A program made the translations under genes and the position numbers. 64,000 bases of DNA from Candidatus Binatia bacterium. GTDB lineage: Bacteria; Desulfobacterota; Binatia; UBA9968; JAJDTQ01. The notes beneath the pieces were generated by a model that was given only the letters and a program-made list of their open reading frames with translations, ran no database searches and had not been told where the DNA came from. Shown here one piece after another: positions 31,746 through 41,537 of the stretch (the first letter of the stretch is position 1; the number at the start of each line of letters is the position of its first letter). The stretch covers positions 3,712,001-3,776,000 of the forward strand of contig OY762897.2 in assembly GCA_963666515.2 (NCBI GenBank). The letters run 5' to 3'.

Positions 31746-33293
31746 TCACTTCGACACGCCCCAGAAGTGCGGCCAGATCAGGGTCGTGGCCTTGATTCCC
31801 GAAAGCCTGGGCGACGCGATGTTGTACGTGTAGACGTCGCCCGTCTTCATCGTCGGCACCTGGGTGTAGATCAGCGACTGGAGCTTCGCCCAGGTGGCCT
31901 TGCGGTCGGCCGGGTCGTTGGTGGCGGTGAAGGCGGACTTGAGCGCCTGCTTCTCGCCGGTCGCCCACCAGCCCGGGTAGTTGTCGTTCATCACCGAGAT
32001 CAGGATGGGATCCGGCACGAATCCGTGGTGCGTGAAGAACAGGTCCCACTGGTCGGGTTGGCCGCGCTTCTTGATCAGCGTGGCCCAGTCGACCACGATC
32101 ATCTCGACGTTGATGCCGGCGTTCAGAAGCTGCCGGGTGAACACCACCGCCTGATCGTAGTGGAAAGCGTAGTTGGTGGAGACCAGGAACTTGATGGGCG
32201 TGCCGTCGTATCCCGCCTCCTTGGCGAGGGCCTTGGCCTTGGCGGCGTCGCCTTCGCTGAACCGGTCCGCGCCGGACTCCGAATACCAGGCGTTGCCCTT
32301 GGGCAGGAACGAGCCGTTGGCGCGCCAGAGCTTCTCGGGACCGATGGAAACGCGCAGGGCGTCTTCCTTGTTGAGCGCGGTCTGGATGGCTTGGCGCAGC
32401 TTGAAGTTGCTTTGCAGCGGACCGGCCTTCGAGTTCATGAACACGAGCCCGAAGATCGGCCCGCCGTTCAACACCACGTTGGCCGCGGCATCCTTGTCCA
32501 GCTCGTCGATCAGGTCGCTGGGCATGCTTTCCGCGTAGTCGTAGTCTCCGGCCTTGACGCCGTTGACGCGCGTGCCCGGGTCCGGCACCGGGATGAAGCG
32601 CAGGCGCTCGAAGTGCGCCGCCCGCTTGCCCGCGTATCCGCTGGCTTCACCGGCCGGACTGGCGTAGCCGTCGAATCGCACCAGCTCGACGTGACGGTTC
32701 GGCTTCCACTCGTTGAACCTGTAGGGACCGGTGCCGATGTAGTCCTTCACGTCGATGGGCTTCTTGCCGGCCTTGGACGCGACCCTGGCCGGATAGATCG
32801 CCGGCCCGCCGTTGATGAAGGCCATCAGGTTCTTCCACGGGCCGAAGGGCGTCTTGAACGTCAGTCTGACGCTGTGGGCGCCCGACGCCGCCACTTCGGA
32901 GACGTTGGAGAACAAGAGCTTCCCGCGCGACCCGTGCGCGCCCCAGCGTTTCAGCGACGCCACCACGTCCGCCGACGTCATGGCCTGGCCGTCGTGGAAC
33001 TTCACGTCCTTGCGCAGGTGGATGGTGATGGTCTTGCCGTCCTTGCCGACTTCTTCTCCGGAAGCGAGCAGCGGCCGGGGTTCGTAGCTCGCGTCGAACG
33101 TGTACAGGCCCTCGAACATGTGGTGCGCTATGGTGGTGGCGAGGTCGGAAGTGATCACCTGCTGGTCGAGGCTGGGCGGCTCGCCCACGGTGGCGTAACG
33201 CAGGGTGTCCGCGGCCGGCAGGGAGGCGGCGGAGCCGAGCGCCAGCAGCGCGACCGCGGCAGCGATTCGTGCGGAGACTTGAATGATCTTCAT
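31746..33293 (-). CDS. ABC transporter substrate-binding protein, family 5
   Basis: Signal peptide, EPPSLD, LRKDVKFHDG, IGTGPY; AGGAGG RBS. Confidence 0.9.
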   Translation of the reverse strand: MKIIQVSARIAAAVALLALGSAASLPAADTLRYATVGEPPSLDQQVITSDLATTIAHHMFEGLYTFDASYEPRPLLASGEEVGKDGKTITIHLRKDVKFHDGQAMTSADVVASLKRWGAHGSRGKLLFSNVSEVAASGAHSVRLTFKTPFGPWKNLMAFINGGPAIYPARVASKAGKKPIDVKDYIGTGPYRFNEWKPNRHVELVRFDGYASPAGEASGYAGKRAAHFERLRFIPVPDPGTRVNGVKAGDYDYAESMPSDLIDELDKDAAANVVLNGGPIFGLVFMNSKAGPLQSNFKLRQAIQTALNKEDALRVSIGPEKLWRANGSFLPKGNAWYSESGADRFSEGDAAKAKALAKEAGYDGTPIKFLVSTNYAFHYDQAVVFTRQLLNAGINVEMIVVDWATLIKKRGQPDQWDLFFTHHGFVPDPILISVMNDNYPGWWATGEKQALKSAFTATNDPADRKATWAKLQSLIYTQVPTMKTGDVYTYNIASPRLSGIKATTLIWPHFWGVSK

Positions 33294-33349
33294 GATATTC
33301 CTCCTGGTTAAAGGATTCAGACGGCGACTCATGGGACCACAACGGCGCC

Positions 33350-33430
33350 CATCGTAAAAAGTATTTTCATGAATTGCAAGGAAATTGATGGACTCGCGCA
33401 AATTTTTTTCATATAGAGATTTCTACCCGG
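33350..33430. promoter_or_regulatory. AT-rich divergent promoter with probable RpiR operator(s)
   Basis: AT-rich stretch with taaaaaagtattttcat and aaatttttttcat between the divergent SBP and RpiR genes. Confidence 0.45.
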
Positions 33431-33494
33431 TTTCATCGACATCGCAACCGGGAAAGGCGATACTCGGTATCCGAATCCGGGTTCGAAGCACGGG

Positions 33495-34397
33495 TTGGAC
33501 AGGCTCTTGTCAAGCAACAACAGAAGCGTCGCCGAAGACCTGCTCTCGCGCATCGTGAGGCTGCGCCCGACCATGCACCCGGCCGAGCGGCGCGTTGCAG
33601 ACTTGGTGCTTTCGGACATGGACTTCGCCGTCCACGCCCGGACCACCGACATCGCGGCGCGCGCCGGGGTGAGCGCTGCCTCCATTACCCGCTTCTGCCG
33701 TACCGTAGGCTGCGAGGGGCTGCGCGAACTGAAGCTGGACCTGGCGAAGATCCTCGCCATCGGGAACCGCTACCTTCACCCCCGGACCGTCCCGCTCGGG
33801 GCCTGCGAAGCGGTGACGGAGATCGTCTCGCAGATCCAGCGTTCCCTCGCTTCCCTCGTCGAGCAGGTCGCCGATGAGACGCTGACACAGGTGGCCACGG
33901 TCATCGCCGGAGCGCAGCGGGTGATGATCTTCGGGGGCGGCGGCGGCTCCTCGATGGCCGCCATGGAAGCCGAGAACCGCCTGTTCCGCCTGGGGCTGCA
34001 TGCCTCCTCGTGCAACGATTCGCAGCTCCAGTTGATGATGGCGGCAACCTTGAAGACCGGCGACGTGCTGCTGGCGCTGTCCATCACCGGGAAATACGAA
34101 CCGATCATCCGGGCCGCCGAGGTGGGCGGCCAGTACGGCGCCCACACCATCGCCATCACCTCGCCCGATTCACCGCTGTCCCGGGTGACGTCCCACACGC
34201 TGCCGTTCCTCGCCGAGGAACCGGAGAATATCCTGTCCCCGACGCCCGCCCGCTACGTCCTGCTGGCGCTGATCGACATCCTCGCCTACGAGGTGGCGAA
34301 ATTGCGCGGCGAGACCGCGGTGGAGTCCATGCGCCGCATCAAGTACCAGTTGGTCCACACGCGCGACGAAGACGACTCGAAGCCGCTGGGGGACTGA
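33495..34397 (+). CDS. MurR/RpiR family transcriptional regulator
   Basis: AERRVAD, HTH IAARAGVSAASITRFCR, SIS domain FGGGGGSS, LSITG, IAIT. Confidence 0.92.
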   Translation: MDRLLSSNNRSVAEDLLSRIVRLRPTMHPAERRVADLVLSDMDFAVHARTTDIAARAGVSAASITRFCRTVGCEGLRELKLDLAKILAIGNRYLHPRTVPLGACEAVTEIVSQIQRSLASLVEQVADETLTQVATVIAGAQRVMIFGGGGGSSMAAMEAENRLFRLGLHASSCNDSQLQLMMAATLKTGDVLLALSITGKYEPIIRAAEVGGQYGAHTIAITSPDSPLSRVTSHTLPFLAEEPENILSPTPARYVLLALIDILAYEVAKLRGETAVESMRRIKYQLVHTRDEDDSKPLGD

Positions 34398-34421
34398 CCG
34401 GGTCGCTGGGGGATTGACCGG

Positions 34422-35321
34422 GTGTTCGAGCTGTTTGCCATCGGCGAGGTCATGGCAGAGATCCGGCGGGAACCGCAGCTCGGATTCCGGGTCGGTTTCG
34501 CCGGCGATACATTCAACACGGCCGTCTACTGCGCCAGACAACTGGCCGCTCCCGGCCGCGTCGGCTACTGCACCCGGATCGGCCTCGATCCGCTGTCCGA
34601 CGCGTTCCTCGCCATGGCCGCGGAAGAGGACCTCGACCTGTCGCACGTCGCCCGCGACCGGGGACGCTTCATCGGCATCTACACCGTGTCCACGGATACC
34701 GCCGGTGAGCGCAGCTTCCACTACTGGCGCAGCAACTCCGCGGCGCGCCGGCTGTTTTCTTCCGGCGACCCCATGGGCGTGCTGCCGGAGGCGCGGATCG
34801 TCTTCGTGTCGGGCATTACGCTCGCGATCCTGGAGCCCCTGGCCCGCCGGCGCCTCATCGACCAGTTGCGCGCCTTGCGCGAGCGCCGCGGCGGCCTCGT
34901 CGCCTTCGACTCGAACTACCGGCCGCAGCTATGGAAGGATGCGGAGACCGCGCGCCGGATCATCGGCGAGATGTGGGAGGTCGCCGACATCGCCTTGCCC
35001 TCGATGGACGACGAGATGGCGCTGTTCGGCGATGCCGGCGAGGAGGCGGTGGTCGCGCGCTTCGGCGCTCGGAGTTGGACCGCGTGCGCCATCAAGCGAG
35101 GCGCCCGCGGGCCGGTTTCGCCGCACCTCGCCCGTGACGCGCATCCCCGCTTTCGCCCGGCCTCCAGGGTGGTCGATACCACCGCGGCCGGAGACAGTTT
35201 CAACGGCGGCTACCTTGCCGCATTCATTCGCGGTCAGGATGAACCGCAATGCCTGTTGACGGGGCACGAGATTGCATCGCGGGTGGTCGGCGCCGCGGGC
35301 GCAATCCTGTCACGGTCCTGA
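34422..35321 (+). CDS. kdgK: 2-keto-3-deoxygluconate kinase (PfkB family)
   Basis: GEVMAE, FAGDTFNTAVY, GERSFHYWR, FDSNYRPQLW, DTTAAGDSFNGG. Confidence 0.88.
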   Translation: MFELFAIGEVMAEIRREPQLGFRVGFAGDTFNTAVYCARQLAAPGRVGYCTRIGLDPLSDAFLAMAAEEDLDLSHVARDRGRFIGIYTVSTDTAGERSFHYWRSNSAARRLFSSGDPMGVLPEARIVFVSGITLAILEPLARRRLIDQLRALRERRGGLVAFDSNYRPQLWKDAETARRIIGEMWEVADIALPSMDDEMALFGDAGEEAVVARFGARSWTACAIKRGARGPVSPHLARDAHPRFRPASRVVDTTAAGDSFNGGYLAAFIRGQDEPQCLLTGHEIASRVVGAAGAILSRS

Positions 35322-35348
35322 AGCACGCCATTTAACGGAGCGAGACAC

Positions 35349-36026
35349 ATGTCCAGTGGCACATCGGAAGCCGTCGCCCGAATCGGGGCTTCAAGGGTCC
35401 TGCCCATCGCGACCCTGGACACACCCGACCAGGCCGCTCCCCTTGCAAGGGCGCTTCTGGCGGGCGGCCTGACGGTGGTCGAAATCACCTTCCGATCGGA
35501 AGCAACCGCGGATTCGGTCCGAATCATACGCGAACGGTACCCGGACATGCTGGTGGGCGCCGGGACGGTCCTCGGCGTCGAGCAGGTCGGGATCGCACAT
35601 CGGGCAGGCAGCCAGTTCATCTTGACTCCCGGTTTCAATCCGGCCGTGGTCGGGGCAGCCCTCGATGCGGGCTTGCCGATCTTTCCCGGCATCAACAATC
35701 CGACCGGCGTGGAACAGGCGATGGGCTTCGGGCTCGATACGGTCAAGTTCTTTCCGGCCGAGGCCGGCGGCGGCGTCCCGTTCATCAAGGCCTTGTCCGG
35801 TCCCTACGCGGACATGCGGTTCATACCCACCGGCGGCATCGGCCCGGCCAACTTGGCGGCTTACCTGGCCCTTCCCAGCGTTCTTGCCTGCGGAGGCTCC
35901 TGGATCGCGGACCCCGCGCTCACGCGGGCAGGCCGCTTCGATGAAGTTGCCCGGCTGGCTGCCGAAGCGGTCGCCCTGGCCGCGCCGGCGGCCTCGACCA
36001 CCGGGCAAACTTCGACGGCCACGTAG
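35349..36026 (+). CDS. eda: KDPG/KHG aldolase
   Basis: EITFRS, VGAGTVL, KFFPAE, PTGGI, CGGSW. Confidence 0.93.
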   Translation: MSSGTSEAVARIGASRVLPIATLDTPDQAAPLARALLAGGLTVVEITFRSEATADSVRIIRERYPDMLVGAGTVLGVEQVGIAHRAGSQFILTPGFNPAVVGAALDAGLPIFPGINNPTGVEQAMGFGLDTVKFFPAEAGGGVPFIKALSGPYADMRFIPTGGIGPANLAAYLALPSVLACGGSWIADPALTRAGRFDEVARLAAEAVALAAPAASTTGQTSTAT

Positions 36027-36104
36027 GCGAGGTTCTCCAACGACGCGGATTTCTGTTAGGAAACAGTCTACCCGACACTCAAGCAGCACAAAGGAGGCAT
36101 TACC

Positions 36105-36689
36105 ATGGCAAACAGGCTCTTCAACTCGAAAAATTCGATGTTCTGCGAGAAGCTCCGCGTGGTCCTGACCATGAAGAAGGTCCCGTACGACGTGGTGGAC
36201 GTCCGCGCCGACAACCGCGAGTCGCTGATCGCGTTCTCCAACCAGCGCAAGGTCCCCACCATGGACATCGACGGCCGGTGCGTCCAGGACTCCACCATCC
36301 TGGCCAAGTACTGGGAGGAGCAGGTTCCCGAGCCCACCATCTACCCGGACAACCCTTCGGACAAGGGGCTGTGCCTGATGCTGGAGGACTGGGCCGACGA
36401 GGACCTCAACGGCGCCGTCATGGCTTTCCGCCGGGCCCAGAACGACGATGACGTGAAGAAGGCCGAGGAGGCACTGGCGGTCCACCTGGAGAACCTGGAC
36501 CTGCTCTATTCCGGCAAGGACTTCATCTTCGGCCGCATGACCCTGGCCGACATCTCCATCTACGCGCAACTCCACTACCTATACACCGCCCTGGACCGCG
36601 AGATCGAGGCCAGGTACACCCACGTGCACGCCTTCCTGGAGCGCATGATGAAGGCCACGGGCGTGTCGTCGATCAAGGAGGTGGCGTAG
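36105..36689 (+). CDS. Glutathione S-transferase family protein
   Basis: SMFCEK, QRKVP, DSTI, TLADISI; GGAGG RBS. Confidence 0.8.
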   Translation: MANRLFNSKNSMFCEKLRVVLTMKKVPYDVVDVRADNRESLIAFSNQRKVPTMDIDGRCVQDSTILAKYWEEQVPEPTIYPDNPSDKGLCLMLEDWADEDLNGAVMAFRRAQNDDDVKKAEEALAVHLENLDLLYSGKDFIFGRMTLADISIYAQLHYLYTALDREIEARYTHVHAFLERMMKATGVSSIKEVA

Positions 36690-36692
36690 GCG

Positions 36693-37112
36693 TCAGATCG
36701 CGCCCCAGCGAATCCACCGCACCGCCCGGATGCAGATCACGGGCCGCTCGTCCAGGGCCATGGCGCGGTACTGCGGGTACTTCCGGCGAAGCAGCCGGAC
36801 GGCCTTCCGGTGGGCCTCGCCGCGGGTCAGGATGCTGGCCTTGCCCTGGATGATGACGTGGGCAAGTCGGGACCAGTCCTGGTCGTCGTAGCGGTGGATC
36901 GCCACGGACACGCGGGGGTTGGCGCGGATGTTGCGAATCCGCTTCAACTCCCGGGTCGTCGCGGCCTTGGGCTTCTCGTCGATGGGGGAGTACAGGCACT
37001 CGCCGTCGAAGGCGAAGCAGAAGGGCAGGTTGAGGGGCTGGCCCTGCTCGTCAACGGTCGCCAGATGCCCCACCCGGGCTTGCCGGATGAACGCGGCTTC
37101 CTTGCGGGTCAT
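36693..37112 (-). CDS. PPOX-class putative F420-dependent oxidoreductase
   Basis: RVGHLAT, PIDEKPK, RNIRANPRVS, YDDQDWSRL, LRRKYPQY. Confidence 0.85.
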   Translation of the reverse strand: MTRKEAAFIRQARVGHLATVDEQGQPLNLPFCFAFDGECLYSPIDEKPKAATTRELKRIRNIRANPRVSVAIHRYDDQDWSRLAHVIIQGKASILTRGEAHRKAVRLLRRKYPQYRAMALDERPVICIRAVRWIRWGAI

Positions 37113-37134
37113 GGTCTCAGCCGCCCCACCCCTC

Positions 37135-37162
37135 CTGGATTCCGGCTTTCGCCGGAATGACG
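37135..37162 (-). repeat. dRS3-like palindromic repeat
   Basis: ctggattccggctttcgccggaatgacg. Confidence 0.85.
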
Positions 37163-37198
37163 TATCCGGCGTTTTCACAAGATTTACGGTTCCCGCGA

Positions 37199-38194
37199 CT
37201 ACAGCTTGTAGTCCCCCAGCAGCGTCGGCGCGAACAGCTCTTCCACTGTGGGCACCTTGTCGCCCAACAAGCCCTGCTCGCCCATGTAGCGGGTGAGCGC
37301 CTCGATGACGTGGCGGTTGGGCTCGATGCCGTAGGGCCACCAATCGTTGCCGAAGACGTCCCGGAGCAACGCGATCTCGGCCTGGAGCCATGGGAGCGTG
37401 CTGGCCATGGTGTTGTCGATGTCCATGCGGGCGAAAGCGTCGTCCTTGGATCGGCAGAAGGCCTTGTAGAGGCTCCGGGCCACCCAGGGGTTGGCCTCGA
37501 ACACGTCGTTGCGGATGCAGACGGTGTGCATGATCGGGAAGATGCCGGTGCGCCGGTAGTAGTCGATCTCCACGGACTTGAAATCGGGGAACAGGCGGCG
37601 GACGTGGGGCGCCCCGGCGGCGTGGCACGAGGGGATGCGGGCGGTGACCAGCGCGTCGATCTCGCCCTTGTCCAGCATGGCGTTCAGGGTGCGGTCCTGG
37701 GGGATGGGCTGCACCTTGATCTCCGGCGGCAGCCTCAACTCGATGCGCTCCTTCCGCCCCGGCACTTCCTGGCCGCCGGTGAACCACTCGACGTCGCTGG
37801 CCTTGACGCCGTAGTCGTCGCTCATGAAGCCGCGGATCCACACCGCCGCGGTGATGGAGTATTCCGGCACGCCGACGCGCCTGCCGCGCAGGTCCTCGGG
37901 CTTGTCGAGCCCCCGGTCGGTGTTGATGAACACGCAGGAGTGGCGGAAATAGCGGGAGGGGAACACCGGGATGGCCGTGAACGGGCTCTCGCCCCGGGAG
38001 GTCATGGTGATGTAGTTGGCCAACGACATCTCCGAGGCGTGGAATTCCTGGTGGTGTCCCATGCGCCAGAATATCTCCTCGGCCTGCATCGGCAGGTAGT
38101 TGAGGGAAATGCCGTCGGGGCTCAGCGAGCCGTCCTGCAGCGTCTTGGTGCGGTCGTAGTCGCCGCACGCCAAGGTCAGGTGCAATTTCGACAT
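37199..38194 (-). CDS. 4,5-dihydroxyphthalate decarboxylase-like / ABC substrate-binding fold protein
   Basis: LACGDYDRT, EEIFWR, PVFPSRYFRHS, RVGVPEY, FPIMH, WPYGIEPNR. Confidence 0.8.
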   Translation of the reverse strand: MSKLHLTLACGDYDRTKTLQDGSLSPDGISLNYLPMQAEEIFWRMGHHQEFHASEMSLANYITMTSRGESPFTAIPVFPSRYFRHSCVFINTDRGLDKPEDLRGRRVGVPEYSITAAVWIRGFMSDDYGVKASDVEWFTGGQEVPGRKERIELRLPPEIKVQPIPQDRTLNAMLDKGEIDALVTARIPSCHAAGAPHVRRLFPDFKSVEIDYYRRTGIFPIMHTVCIRNDVFEANPWVARSLYKAFCRSKDDAFARMDIDNTMASTLPWLQAEIALLRDVFGNDWWPYGIEPNRHVIEALTRYMGEQGLLGDKVPTVEELFAPTLLGDYKL

Positions 38195-38206
38195 AACAGT
38201 GTTCCT

Positions 38207-39511
38207 CTAAACCTCTACCTTGTGGATCACCAGCCCCGTGACCAGCTTGGGAAAGAAGTACGTGGACTTCTGGGGCATCTTCTCCCCCTTGAGGGAGACC
38301 GCGATCATCTCGGCGGCGCTGGGCGGATTCAGGATGAGGGCGGCTTGGCAGCGGCCGGTCTCCGCCTCGGCGAGTGCCTCCTCGGCGTCGTGGGTGTACG
38401 CTACGGCGTCGGTGTTGACGGCGTCACGGGTGGACACGCCCAGGATGTGCTCCATCAGCAGGACGTGCAGCGTGGTCACGTCCAGCCCGCGCAACTCGGG
38501 GCTCATGTCCGGCGCTAGTCGCTCCATCGCTTTCGCGTCCCGCGGCCGCAGCGCCAGATAACGTGCGTCGTCCCTGAAAGCGACACCGAGCACGCGCTCG
38601 CCGTCCTTCGGGTGTTCGAGGGCCTCCAGGAAACGCCGCCGGCCGTCGGCATCTCTGGAAAATGCCTCCACGTGGAAGGACTGCCGGAGCTTCTCTTCCA
38701 CCTCCGCGGACGGCACGGGCGGCATCTCGCGTACCAGCCGGTGGGTGGGCAGGATCACCACGCCTTCCTCGTTCAGGTTGGCGAAGTACATCATCACCCG
38801 GTTGAACCCCTCGTCCCCGGTGGTGCCGGGCCGTTCTGCCAGGCGCCGGCGCCGGTAGTTGCAGGCAGCCTCGTAGCGGTGGTGTCCGTCCGCGATAAAG
38901 ACGGCGCGTTCGCGCAGGGCCTCCCGCACCATGCCGATGAGCCCCGGGTCGGTGACCGCCCACAGCCGGGAGGTGCCAAACTCGCCCAACTCGGCCTCGA
39001 CCTTGGGCTTCACGGAGCGCACATGCTCGCGCAGAGCGTCGGTGAGAGTAGGCTTCTCGTCGGTATAGAGCGCCAGGATGGAACTGAACTGGGCGTCGCA
39101 GGCCAGCATCAGCTTCAGCCGATCCTCCCTGGGCTCGGCCATGGTGGCCTCGTGCCCGTGGATGGCGCCGTCACCGAAGTCTTCGATGGCGGCCAGCGCG
39201 ATGAAGCCGCGTCGCTCCCGCGTGATCCCGTCCCGCAGTCGGTATTCCTGGCTCAGGTAGTAGATGGCCGGGGCATCCTCCACGACCAGCGTGTCCTCGT
39301 CCTGCCACTCCCGGAAGCGTTGCGGCACGGTGGCGTAGGGGTCGGCGTCACGGCTGAAGTCGATGCGTACAACGTTGCGCGGCGAGCGCGCGTAGAGCTC
39401 GGCTTGGTGCTCGGGAGAGATGACGTCGTAGGGCGGCGCCATCACGCTGGAGAAATCACCGACCTTGCCGGGGTCGTAGGTCAGGCCGCGGAAGGGGTAA
39501 ATCTTGGCCAT
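38207..39511 (-). CDS. DUF1015 family protein
   Basis: PFRG, APPYDVI, HE, IADGHHRYE, PTHR, MPQKSTYFFPK. Confidence 0.9.
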   Translation of the reverse strand: MAKIYPFRGLTYDPGKVGDFSSVMAPPYDVISPEHQAELYARSPRNVVRIDFSRDADPYATVPQRFREWQDEDTLVVEDAPAIYYLSQEYRLRDGITRERRGFIALAAIEDFGDGAIHGHEATMAEPREDRLKLMLACDAQFSSILALYTDEKPTLTDALREHVRSVKPKVEAELGEFGTSRLWAVTDPGLIGMVREALRERAVFIADGHHRYEAACNYRRRRLAERPGTTGDEGFNRVMMYFANLNEEGVVILPTHRLVREMPPVPSAEVEEKLRQSFHVEAFSRDADGRRRFLEALEHPKDGERVLGVAFRDDARYLALRPRDAKAMERLAPDMSPELRGLDVTTLHVLLMEHILGVSTRDAVNTDAVAYTHDAEEALAEAETGRCQAALILNPPSAAEMIAVSLKGEKMPQKSTYFFPKLVTGLVIHKVEV

Positions 39512-39524
39512 TGCGCGTTCTCGT

Positions 39525-40037
39525 CTATGCCTTCAGGCTTTCCTGAAGCTTGGCGTCCCTGGCCTCCACGCCAGCCGCCAGATCCTCCTTGAAGCGGGCC
39601 AGCTTGGCCGCCAGTTCCGGGTCCTTGCGGGCGATGATCTGGGCCGCGAAGATGCCGGCGTTTGCGGCGCCGCCCTTGCCGATGGCCATGGTGGCCACCG
39701 GGACGCCGGCCGGCATCTGCACGGTCGCCAGCAGCGCGTCCATGCCGTCCAGCGCCGACGCGCTCAGCGGCACGCCGATGACCGGCAGCGTGGTGACCGC
39801 CGCGACCACCCCCGCCAGATGCGCCGCCGCGCCGGCGCCCACGATGAACGCCTCGATGCCTCGGTCCGCCGCGCCCTTGGCGTAGGCGTGGGTCCGCTGC
39901 GGCGAGCGATGCGCCGAGGATATGTGCATTTCGTAGGAGATGCCGAAGGATTCCAGCCGCGTCGCGGCCTCCTTCATGACCTCGACGTCGGAATCGCTGC
40001 CCATCAGTATCGCGACCTTCGGATTCTGATCCGTCAC
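39525..40037 (-). CDS. purE: N5-CAIR mutase
   Basis: [29 protein letters not shown]. Confidence 0.97.
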   Translation of the reverse strand: MTDQNPKVAILMGSDSDVEVMKEAATRLESFGISYEMHISSAHRSPQRTHAYAKGAADRGIEAFIVGAGAAAHLAGVVAAVTTLPVIGVPLSASALDGMDALLATVQMPAGVPVATMAIGKGGAANAGIFAAQIIARKDPELAAKLARFKEDLAAGVEARDAKLQESLKA

Positions 40038-40178
40038 TGTGCTTCTCCTTCTTCGGTTTTACCGTTACCCAGGTTCCACCTGTTACCCGCGGGCTTTCGC
40101 TTCGCCAATTCGACCTGCGCAGGCTGGAGGCGCCTTCACTTCCACCTCTTCCACGGGCAGAAACCAACGTCGCCGCCG

Positions 40179-41450
40179 TCAGCGGCGCTCCATCGCACGC
40201 CGGGCGATATCCTGGCGGTAGTGCATCCCCTTCCAGGCGATCCTGCCTACGCCTTCATAAGCCTCCCTCGTGGCCGACGCGATGGTGTCCCCCAACGCGG
40301 TCACACCCAGCACGCGGCCGCCGGCGGTGTGCCAGCGGTTTTCCCGGCGGGTGGTGCCGGCGTGGAACGCGTATCCCCGTTCCCAGGAGTCGAGCGCATC
40401 CAGCCCCTCTATCTCCATACCTGTTCGATATTCGCCCGGATAGCCCCCGGACGCCAGCACGATGCACACTGCCGCCTGATTGGACCACTCGGCAGCCGCT
40501 TCCCGCAACCGGCCCTCGGCGGTGGCCATGAGCAGCGGCGCGAGGTCGGAGTTGAGGCGCATCATGATGGGTTGGCACTCCGGATCGCCGAAGCGGCAGT
40601 TGAACTCCAGCACCTTGGGGCCGTTCTCGGTGATCATGAGGCCCGCGTAGAGCACCCCGCGATACACCAAGCCGCGACGCTTGAGCCCGGCTGCCAGCGG
40701 CTTGAGCACCCGCTCTACCACGGCGTCGTGCACGGCCGTGTCCACCACCGGCGCCGGTGAGTACGCCCCCATGCCTCCGGTGTTAGGCCCCTCGTCGCCG
40801 TCGAAGACGCGCTTGTGGTCTTGGGACGATGCCAGCGGCAGAAAGTCGTCGCCGTCCATCAGGGCCATGAACGAAGCCTCCTCGCCCACTAGCAGTTCCT
40901 CGATGACCACCCGCTCGCCGGCGGCGCCGAAGACCTTGCGCCCCATGATGGCGTCGAGGGCCTCTTCGGCCTCGGCTCTGCCGGAGCAAAGGATCACACC
41001 CTTGCCCGCGGCCAAGCCGTCAGCCTTGACCACGCAGGGCAGGTCGCGTGCCACGTACTTCCTGGCTTGTTCGATAGCGGAAAACACCTCGCACGCCGCC
41101 GTGGGGATGCCGTTCTCCAGCATGAGCTTCTTGGCGAAGGCCTTGCTGCCCTCGAGCCGCGCCGCCTCCCGGCTGGGCCCGAACACCTTGAGGGCACGAC
41201 TCGCGAACTGATCGGCGATGCCCGCGACCAGCGACTGCTCCGGTCCCACCACCGTGAGGTCGATGCCTTCCCGCGCGGCGAAGTCCGCCAGCTTCTCGAC
41301 CTCGCCCGCACCGATATCCACCCGCTCCGCCTGCCGGCCCATGCCGTCGTTGCCGGGCGCGCAGTAGAGCTTCTCTACTTGCGCGCTCTGTCGCAGCTTC
41401 CAGACCAGCGCATGTTCCCGTCCGCCGCTGCCGATGACGAGGATTCTCAT
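40179..41450 (-). CDS. purD: Phosphoribosylamine--glycine ligase
   Basis: GSGGREHAL, KADGLAAGKGV, QDHKR, NTGGMGAY, EFNCRFGDPE. Confidence 0.97.
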   Translation of the reverse strand: MRILVIGSGGREHALVWKLRQSAQVEKLYCAPGNDGMGRQAERVDIGAGEVEKLADFAAREGIDLTVVGPEQSLVAGIADQFASRALKVFGPSREAARLEGSKAFAKKLMLENGIPTAACEVFSAIEQARKYVARDLPCVVKADGLAAGKGVILCSGRAEAEEALDAIMGRKVFGAAGERVVIEELLVGEEASFMALMDGDDFLPLASSQDHKRVFDGDEGPNTGGMGAYSPAPVVDTAVHDAVVERVLKPLAAGLKRRGLVYRGVLYAGLMITENGPKVLEFNCRFGDPECQPIMMRLNSDLAPLLMATAEGRLREAAAEWSNQAAVCIVLASGGYPGEYRTGMEIEGLDALDSWERGYAFHAGTTRRENRWHTAGGRVLGVTALGDTIASATREAYEGVGRIAWKGMHYRQDIARRAMERR

Positions 41451-41537
41451 TGGTCCTGTGTTGTTCTCACTGGCCGATCCACTATGTCCATGCTGGCTCT
41501 CGCCCCCCACCACTGTGGCAGCAGACCCGCTCCGCCT

